Assembly (NCBI GenBank): GCA_035529595.1
Contig: DATKWK010000017.1
Span: 116,970-180,969 of the forward strand
Source of the DNA: Candidatus Bathyarchaeia archaeon
GTDB taxonomy: Bacteria > Patescibacteriota > Microgenomatia > PFEM01 > JAFGMK01
DNA: 64,000 nt
Direction: 5' to 3'
Positions 57,297-64,000 of the stretch are shown here, one piece after another. Within the stretch, counting starts at the first letter, position 1, and each line of letters starts with the position of its first letter. The notes beneath the pieces were generated by a model, which made no database searches, was not told where the DNA came from, and saw only the letters and a list, made by a program, of their open reading frames with translations. The position numbers were made by a program, and so were the translations under genes.

Positions 57297-58559
57297 TTAA
57301 CTTTCTTTATTTTCCTTTAAAACAAGGCCGGCAATTTTTCTGCCCAACTCGATCGAGTAGTTTAATCCCCGATCCCACGGATAAATTTGTTGGAGATTTG
57401 CCAAATAAACATTCGGAATTGGCGTTACGTGATCGGGGATCATTTCAGCGTAGTTAACTGAAACAACCGGTTGAGCGCATAAACTTTTATGGCAAATAAT
57501 ATCGATAATATCAGTATCAAACTTAAATTCAGGGTTAATTCTCTTTAAGAAAGGCAAAAATTCCTTCAAAATCAGTTTTTTTTCCATTTTAAAATAACGA
57601 TGATTTTGAGGATAATAACCGCCGACATAGAGAAGACGGTGATTACCATAAAATTGAGTGCCAATAAAATTAGTATGTTCATCAACAAAAACAAAAGGGA
57701 ATTCCCGTTCGTTGATATTAAGCCAGTAACTACCATCCCGCAAAAAGCTTTTTTTAAGAATCAGCAGTAAGTTAAGAGCACCGACCAGGTGTAATTTTTT
57801 AAGAGCTCTTCGGTAATTGTTCGGCAAGTCATTGGTGATTTTCAAAAATATATCGGTTGGACAAGTAACGATTACCTTGTCAAAATTGCGGGCAATGTTA
57901 TCAAGGCTGGTGACCTCGGTGTTTAATATAACCCTGCCCCCATTACTTTTGATGTGATTGATTAATTCATTAAGTAAAATATTGAATCCGCCTCTTAAAT
58001 ATCCGAGTTTTATGCTTCTTTTCTTAATTCTTGCCCATAACCAACTCATAGAAATTTTACTGGCATCACAGCCAAATTTACTTTTAAGAAGCGGCTGCCA
58101 GAGTAATTCCGAAACTCTTTTTCCATAATAGCGCTCAGTCCAGGTAAAAGCAGTCTGTTTTTCCAGTTTTTGCCAGGAGGAAGTAGCTTTCAAATGAAAA
58201 GTACTCGATCCAATCCGGGCTTTCTCTGTCCAGGAAAAAATAGGAGCCTTAAGGATGGAAAAGGGGGAGTCGAATTGAAAAAGCCGTTCTCTAAGATAAA
58301 TTGAAGTTTTTGGTCTGACAAAGAAAAGTCTATCGTTTAGTTTAAGCTCACCGATTAGTTTACAAGCCTCATGATCCGAAGTAAAAAGATGGTGCGGAAA
58401 GTATTCAAGCGGCCAATTCCAATTCTTATATTGATAACTGGCAGCCAATCCACCGGCAAATTTTTCCTTTTCAAAAACCGTGACTTTCTGATTCCGTTGC
58501 GACAGATATAGTCCGGCGGTTAGTCCGCAAATGCCAGCACCGATAATGGCAATTTCCAT
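57297..58559 (-). CDS. FAD-dependent oxidoreductase (amine oxidase/PPO-like)
   Basis: IIGAGICGL..E..GGLA; IYPWDRG. Confidence 0.88.
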   Translation of the reverse strand: MEIAIIGAGICGLTAGLYLSQRNQKVTVFEKEKFAGGLAASYQYKNWNWPLEYFPHHLFTSDHEACKLIGELKLNDRLFFVRPKTSIYLRERLFQFDSPFSILKAPIFSWTEKARIGSSTFHLKATSSWQKLEKQTAFTWTERYYGKRVSELLWQPLLKSKFGCDASKISMSWLWARIKKRSIKLGYLRGGFNILLNELINHIKSNGGRVILNTEVTSLDNIARNFDKVIVTCPTDIFLKITNDLPNNYRRALKKLHLVGALNLLLILKKSFLRDGSYWLNINEREFPFVFVDEHTNFIGTQFYGNHRLLYVGGYYPQNHRYFKMEKKLILKEFLPFLKRINPEFKFDTDIIDIICHKSLCAQPVVSVNYAEMIPDHVTPIPNVYLANLQQIYPWDRGLNYSIELGRKIAGLVLKENKES

Positions 58560-58589
58560 AAGATTATTTTAATTCAGAGAAGTAATTTT

Positions 58590-59201
58590 TTAAATAGGGA
58601 GGAGTAATCCGAACAGAAGGATGAAAAGACCGGCGACGATAAAAACGCTGGTTTCAATTGCGCCCCCAGCCTTGGGTAGTTCGCTGATTGACGTCGGTGT
58701 TGGACTCAAGGTAGGTTTTGGAGTTGAAGTCGGCCCCGGAGTTGGAGTCGGTGTTGACGACGGTTGTCCGGTTGGGGTTGGAGTCTGGGTACTGGTGGGT
58801 GTCGGAGTAGGACTCGGGCAAACACAATCTTCCTCTCTTGGGCAGTCCGAGCTAACGCAGCGTTTTGAAGTATCGTTGGCGCTCGGTTTCTGACAGACTA
58901 GAGTATCCGGGCAATCAGAATCACTATCACAGGTATCCCAGCATTCGGGTATTGGCGTCGGAGTTGGAGTCGGTGTTTGAGAAACTGGCGGCGTCGGAGT
59001 TGGAGTCGGTGTTGGTGTCGGGATATCAAATTCTAAAATACATTCAGGAGCTACCGCCCCCGGTTGACTTTCCGGTTGTGTGGGCGCTACCGGCCTTTTT
59101 CCTACTTGGTAAAGTTTCCAGGCAGTAACAACAGCAGCAACTCCCAAAACTAAAGTCAGACAAATAAGTGCCGCTAGATACCAATTTTTCTTTAGATTCA
59201 T
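58590..59201 (-). CDS. Pro/Thr-rich surface protein with Cys-rich module and LPxTG-like C-terminus
   Basis: N-terminal TM, PT repeats, 8-Cys module, LPKAG plus TM. Confidence 0.8.
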   Translation of the reverse strand: MNLKKNWYLAALICLTLVLGVAAVVTAWKLYQVGKRPVAPTQPESQPGAVAPECILEFDIPTPTPTPTPTPPVSQTPTPTPTPIPECWDTCDSDSDCPDTLVCQKPSANDTSKRCVSSDCPREEDCVCPSPTPTPTSTQTPTPTGQPSSTPTPTPGPTSTPKPTLSPTPTSISELPKAGGAIETSVFIVAGLFILLFGLLLPI

Positions 59202-59210
59202 ATATTTATC

Positions 59211-60524
59211 CTAGAGCCAGCCTAATGATGAATGATGGACTTCGGCTTCCACTCGGAAATGATAAGTTGCCGTCGGAATCGTGTAACTAATATAATAAAT
59301 GGTCTCGTTGCCGATTGTTCTCTGTTCAGCCGTCGTTAGCCATTCACCACCATTGATCCTGAACCGGGCACCATCGATATTTCCCTGGCTAAAAGAGGCG
59401 CTAACGCCAAAATAAATTATCTCTCCAGCTTGAAGGGAAGAATAATTGGTGATTGCTTCCCATTCCTCGTTATAGGCATGGATCCAATCACAACTGGCCG
59501 AGGGAGTCGGAGTCGGGGTCGGTGTCGGGACCCCAGTTGGGGTAGGAGTTGGAGTAATGGTTGCAGTTTCGCCACACCACTCTACTTTGACAATTGCTAG
59601 ATGAGAACCCGGAGAACTAGTGTCTCCGGTAAAATTAACAGTTACTGATAATTCGTTTTCGGTAAAGGATCCATGAACAGAGCCGCAACAAAATGTCTGG
59701 CCTTCCAGTTCTTCGTTTCCAAAATCGGGACAATTGACAGTACCTAAAGGCGTCACTAATTCGTGGACTTCATTGCTCTGAAATTGGTTTGGGTCGCCGC
59801 TCCACTGCCAAGAATTGTGGATAACAACATGGGTAGCATTTTCTGGCCTGGTAAAGGTATGCTGGAAAGATGGTTTTTGCGGTTGCCAAACTTCAGTGCT
59901 CCAGGTTTCATCATCAATTAATGGCTTACCGATTATTGTTTCGCAGTCAGGACATTCCCCCTGAGCCGGAGTCGGTGTTGGTGTCGGAACCCCAGTTGGG
60001 GTAGGAGTTGGAGTCGGCACCGACGTGGGAGTCGGAGTTGTCGTCGGACAATTGAAAACTTGGTATCGTCCCGAAGCATTGGGATTACCGTTTTGATAAA
60101 CTTCCCATTCTACCCAATCTTCGCTTACCAGAGGGAAATCGTAAGAAAAATAGTCGGAATACTGACAAGTACTCTCAGTAGTAGTAAATTCTTGTTCTTG
60201 CCATTCAGTAGTGCCTTCTTTACGAACTTTCCCCAGCCACGTACCTATGTCGCAAACATATATTCTCCAGCTATAACAGTCGCCTTCATTATGGCAGGCA
60301 GCCGTTCTAATATCTTGACGTTCCCTGATAAAAAAAAGAGTAGCAACCAGGGAGCCGGCAGTGAGTCCCATTCCGAGAAAAAGTCCTAATTTCTTTAAAT
60401 TTAAGCGCCTTTTTTCATTCGGTACAATCGCCTTTGTCTCCGCCACTGGCTCACTGAGTTTGTCTGGATCCTGTGGGTTAACTTGGCTTTGATTATTCTG
60501 ATTTTCCATTCTATTTTTTAACAA
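59211..60524 (-). CDS. Membrane-anchored Pro/Thr-repeat surface protein
   Basis: TM followed by QDIRTAA; three beta-type domains separated by PT linkers. Confidence 0.8.
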   Translation of the reverse strand: MLKNRMENQNNQSQVNPQDPDKLSEPVAETKAIVPNEKRRLNLKKLGLFLGMGLTAGSLVATLFFIRERQDIRTAACHNEGDCYSWRIYVCDIGTWLGKVRKEGTTEWQEQEFTTTESTCQYSDYFSYDFPLVSEDWVEWEVYQNGNPNASGRYQVFNCPTTTPTPTSVPTPTPTPTGVPTPTPTPAQGECPDCETIIGKPLIDDETWSTEVWQPQKPSFQHTFTRPENATHVVIHNSWQWSGDPNQFQSNEVHELVTPLGTVNCPDFGNEELEGQTFCCGSVHGSFTENELSVTVNFTGDTSSPGSHLAIVKVEWCGETATITPTPTPTGVPTPTPTPTPSASCDWIHAYNEEWEAITNYSSLQAGEIIYFGVSASFSQGNIDGARFRINGGEWLTTAEQRTIGNETIYYISYTIPTATYHFRVEAEVHHSSLGWL

Positions 60525-61929
60525 TCTCTATAAATGAACCGCAAGCAACAAGAATTAGACCCATTATGAGACTAACTAATGTTGGAGTCAAGACCCCAGG
60601 TTTTATCTCCATAGCTGAAGGAGTAGTTGTTGGAGATGGGCTAAGGGCACCAGTTGGCTTTGTGGTCGGGGCAGGCGGAGTAGCAGTTGGACTAATGCTT
60701 GGGGTTGGCATCCCTGTTGGGCTAATAGTTACTGTCGGTTCAACGGCAGCGGGAGTTGGTGTTAATGCGGGTTGGCTGGTAGGACTAGCGGACGGTGTCG
60801 CGGTAAAAGCGGGCAGGTCACTCTCATCGGCTGCCAGAACAATAAATTGATGAGAAATCTCATGTTTTTTTCCCTGATCATCAATGTAGTTTAAAGTAAT
60901 TTTATGCTCGCCCGGTTCCAAGTTATTCGTTATCGACCAATTCCAATCTCCCCATTCGTTGGGAATTGTTTTTCCGGTAAATAAGGGCGACTCAACTTGG
61001 ATGGTAATTTCTTCGCCTGCCGGGCCTTTACCCAAAAATTCCGGTTTTTGAGTAGAGACAGCTTCGCCCGGTTTTGGATTAAGAATAATTAAGGAGTATG
61101 AAGGGGTGGAAACTGGGAGGTCTTCAAGAGAAAATCCGGAATCAGAAAGGCTGTCTTCTTCCGCTGACTTCGCTACAGTCTTTTGGCGAAAATCTAAGCT
61201 TTCTCCAAGAGTAATTGGGGGTACCGGACTGTTATTGCTCGTTGTTGTCACGGCGCTGGCCGTAAGATCTTTTCCCTGAACAAAGATTTCGATTGCCGAT
61301 GCTTCGGAATCGTAGGAAACAAAACTTGAAAGATCCTCACTTCTGGCTAAATTTAAAGGAATAGCCCAGTTTCCGGAGGAGCTAACTAAGGAAGACTGCA
61401 ACGATGAATTTGCCATGTTTAAATAGACAATAGCCTCCTCAGCGGGTTGACCGTTAATGTCGAGAATTATCCCGTAAGCCAAATCATTGGCAAGTTCCGC
61501 TTGCTTAATTTCCGGGGCGGTAGTCGTCTGATATGGAATGCCATTATCATCGTATTTTTGGGAATCGCAGTAGACTTCAAAGTAATAAGTGACCGCCGGG
61601 TCAAGACCGGTAATATTAATATAATGTACGAGATAGGCTTCTTCCTTTTCTGACTCTGTATTTCTTTCGTCTGGCCATTGCTGGTCAAATGAATTAGGCG
61701 CTTTCCCTATCTTGATCCAGCCGATTGTCGGCTTGGCAGTAACCCAGGAGACAACAAATGAGTTACTGCTAATATTACTAATTTTTAGTTGATTAGGATT
61801 ATTTTCCGCTTTTGCTTTTAGGAATATATTTTGGCTTCTTTTGATAAAGAAGACGCTGATTCCCAGGCCAATCAGTATGATAATTAGGCCGATTAGAGTA
61901 GGGATTTTCTTGTTTTGTCGGGATTCCAT
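60511..61929 (-). CDS. FN3/Ig-like surface protein with Pro/Thr tail and C-terminal TM
   Basis: ISNISSNSFVVSW..H..GL.P..YYF FN3; Ig-like NLEPGEHKI. Confidence 0.82.
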   Translation of the reverse strand: MESRQNKKIPTLIGLIIILIGLGISVFFIKRSQNIFLKAKAENNPNQLKISNISSNSFVVSWVTAKPTIGWIKIGKAPNSFDQQWPDERNTESEKEEAYLVHYINITGLDPAVTYYFEVYCDSQKYDDNGIPYQTTTAPEIKQAELANDLAYGIILDINGQPAEEAIVYLNMANSSLQSSLVSSSGNWAIPLNLARSEDLSSFVSYDSEASAIEIFVQGKDLTASAVTTTSNNSPVPPITLGESLDFRQKTVAKSAEEDSLSDSGFSLEDLPVSTPSYSLIILNPKPGEAVSTQKPEFLGKGPAGEEITIQVESPLFTGKTIPNEWGDWNWSITNNLEPGEHKITLNYIDDQGKKHEISHQFIVLAADESDLPAFTATPSASPTSQPALTPTPAAVEPTVTISPTGMPTPSISPTATPPAPTTKPTGALSPSPTTTPSAMEIKPGVLTPTLVSLIMGLILVACGSFIEIVKK

Positions 61930-61983
61930 AGGTCGATAAACATTTCCCGGTTATTGAATTAGTAGACTTAATAAAAAGATACT

Positions 61984-62292
61984 TTATTCTCTTGTTGCAG
62001 ATCCTGTCGATTGTTTTACTTCTTCCTCTATCTTTTCTTCTGTTTCTTCCGCTTCAAGTTGCGGTACGGCCTGTTTTATTTCTTCTAGAGAAATTTGCCT
62101 TTTTCCTGACAATAAGTCAATAACTTCTATATCCAACTTAGGATTAAGAGGATTAAGTTGTTGGCGAACATCTAGTTTTACCTTTGTCTCAGTATAAGCA
62201 CGATAGATATCAAAACCAGCCCAGACTAATACTGTGATTAAGGTAATGATCGCTAAGTTTAGTGTCTCTTGACTAATCCTTTTCTTTTTCAT
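61984..62292 (-). CDS. Hypothetical pilus-operon membrane protein
   Basis: TM then PLNPKLD; overlaps pilO. Confidence 0.65.
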   Translation of the reverse strand: MKKKRISQETLNLAIITLITVLVWAGFDIYRAYTETKVKLDVRQQLNPLNPKLDIEVIDLLSGKRQISLEEIKQAVPQLEAEETEEKIEEEVKQSTGSATRE

Positions 62293-62935
62293 TTTCAGAT
62301 AAAGGTAGATAAAAAGTCTCTAATTCTAGCTTCGTACTTAATATTTTTGCAGATGATGCCCTTTTTCCTTTTTGGATAGATAGATTGTTTACATTAATTA
62401 TTCGTCTTAATTTTAAGAGAGATTCTAAAAACTTTTGCATATCTTCATAATTCCCGTTAAGTGAAAGCGTAGCCTTAAAAGTCGGATAAGGATTTTTTTC
62501 TCGCAGAACTTTCTCTTTAACATTTTGGCCTTTTTCTTGTAAAACAGCGTCTCGGCTTTGGGCGGAAGAGAATTCGAGATTATTTTCTTTAGCGATCACC
62601 TCAAGTTGGCCAAAGAAGACTGCCGGTTCGGAAGCTGGTGGTAAAGCTTCATCAATGAGAGACAACTTCGGTTTTAAAGAAGAGTATTCTTTTTGAGCAA
62701 GTGATAGATCTTTGATTTTCCCATCTAATTTATTGGTAATTTCTTTTTGATCTTTTATCTCTTTACTTAACGAAGCAATCGTTACTGTAGTGGGCTTGAT
62801 CGCGAAGAGGGCAAAAAATGAAGTTGTCACTAGCGAAAGAATAAGACTAGTGTAAATTTTTACCTGTTTTTTTTGGTAAAAATCGGCAACTTTATTTAAA
62901 TAGTTGGAATAAAGGCTATTTCCTGGTCTGAACAT
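62273..62935 (-). CDS. pilO: Type IV pilus assembly protein PilO
   Basis: TM, coiled coil, ALP, GNYEDMQKFL..LRRII. Confidence 0.82.
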   Translation of the reverse strand: MFRPGNSLYSNYLNKVADFYQKKQVKIYTSLILSLVTTSFFALFAIKPTTVTIASLSKEIKDQKEITNKLDGKIKDLSLAQKEYSSLKPKLSLIDEALPPASEPAVFFGQLEVIAKENNLEFSSAQSRDAVLQEKGQNVKEKVLREKNPYPTFKATLSLNGNYEDMQKFLESLLKLRRIINVNNLSIQKGKRASSAKILSTKLELETFYLPLSENEKEKD

Positions 62936-63479
62936 TTAGGTTAGAATTTAACATTACTTCTAATGAGAAACTGATTTCCATTTCCGGTTCTTTAGAGATG
63001 TTTTCTATCTTGATTTCCGTGAAATAGGGTGACTGTTTAAGATTGTTAATTAAAGTCGCTATTCCCGACTCAGATAATGACATCCCTTCAATTGCCAGTT
63101 TGTCTTTGTTAATTTCGAGATTGTCCAAAGTTACGTTTAAGGGAACCAGGCGAGCGAAGTTAGTCAAGGCCATACTGGGATCATTTATCATACCAGTTAA
63201 TTCTTTAATAACTTTAAGGTTTTTTTGGGTTAAACGAAATTCTTTTTCGAATTGCTGGGATGACCTTATTCGTGCTTGTTTAATTTCAATCTCCTCGTAG
63301 AGATCAGAGAGATCCCGATCGAGTTTGAACCGGGAGATAAAAGCGATAATCACGATCAGTTCCGTAGTAACAACGATATAACGGCCAACAGTTAAAGCCC
63401 ATTTGATTAACCTGCCAGTTGGTTTTTTTTCCCAATCTTCTTGGGGTAAAAGATTGATTTCTTTCTTGAGGGCAGCCAT
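62916..63479 (-). CDS. pilN: Type IV pilus assembly protein PilN
   Basis: N-terminal INLLP motif, TM, coiled coil; ATG 63479. Confidence 0.85.
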   Translation of the reverse strand: MAALKKEINLLPQEDWEKKPTGRLIKWALTVGRYIVVTTELIVIIAFISRFKLDRDLSDLYEEIEIKQARIRSSQQFEKEFRLTQKNLKVIKELTGMINDPSMALTNFARLVPLNVTLDNLEINKDKLAIEGMSLSESGIATLINNLKQSPYFTEIKIENISKEPEMEISFSLEVMLNSNLNVQTRK

Positions 63480-63565
63480 TGAACAATAAAAAGTGATTGT
63501 TAAACTGATTTCTAGAATACAATAAAGAAGCGGCTGATTGCAATAGAGAGGAATAATATTTTGGA

Positions 63566-63850
63566 TCAACCAGTTTTTTTCTTCCTCTTCGGGGGAGATT
63601 TTTTGGCCAAGCTGGCTTTATTGATTAGCTTAGTTAGCCTGGATTTTAGACGGGCAGCCTTGTTTTTATGAATGACCCCTTTTTTAGCCGCCCGATCAAT
63701 AATCCGGCTTGCGTCAGCCTGTATAGACAGGTTGGGTTGCTTGAGGGTTGACTTCAAAACCTTCTTTAATTTATTGCGGATCAAAAGGTTCTTTAACTTT
63801 TTCCTTCGGTCGCGGCGAAGGGCTTTCTTGGCTGATTTAGTGATTGGCAT
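63566..63850 (-). CDS. rpsT: 30S ribosomal protein S20
   Basis: PITKSAKKALR...IDRAAKKGVIHKNKAARLKSRL. Confidence 0.97.
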   Translation of the reverse strand: MPITKSAKKALRRDRRKKLKNLLIRNKLKKVLKSTLKQPNLSIQADASRIIDRAAKKGVIHKNKAARLKSRLTKLINKASLAKKSPPKRKKKTG

Positions 63851-64000
63851 ATTTTACCGACTTAATTTTTTTAACTAAACTTAGATATTACTTTCTTGCA
63901 GCTTTTAATTATAGCAGATATAATACACGCCAGGCAATCGTTAGTTTGTCTTCTGAAGGATGGTTGAACATTTTTTTAAAAATAATTCGCGAATTTTGAC

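Noticed and set aside
58700-60050. GGAGTCGGAGTT-type tandem repeats as DNA elements
   Set aside because: Explained by Pro-Thr codon repeats.

Overview
This 64 kb window looks like chromosome from a small-genome CPR/Patescibacteria (Microgenomates-like) bacterium. The lineage is inferred from gene content, AT-rich DNA, genetic code 11, near-leaderless promoters and lineage-typical short repeats. The backbone carries groES-groEL with a CIRCE-like operator, tRNA-Cys, metG, tatD, nnrD, rmuC, two UvrD/PcrA helicases, femAB-like genes, a large glycosylation and envelope locus, Pro/Thr-rich surface proteins, pilN-pilO and rpsT. There are two accessory zones. The first (2.5-7.1 kb) holds four toxin-antitoxin modules plus a GC-rich foreign-looking gene flanked by extensive hairpin-forming DNA. 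The second (39.2-42.9 kb) is an integrase-less, integron-like cassette array with attC-like sites, cut at a recurrent 20-bp palindromic repeat. The most notable observations are: a Hint (intein-like) domain in the bait-region position of a thioester alpha-2-macroglobulin; a Met-Met leader-peptide attenuator upstream of metG; the attC array; a DUF3467-antitoxin-RelE tripartite module; two candidate structured RNAs; and a GroEL with Asn at the catalytic Asp398 position. All calls come from reading the sequence only; no searches or folding programs were run.
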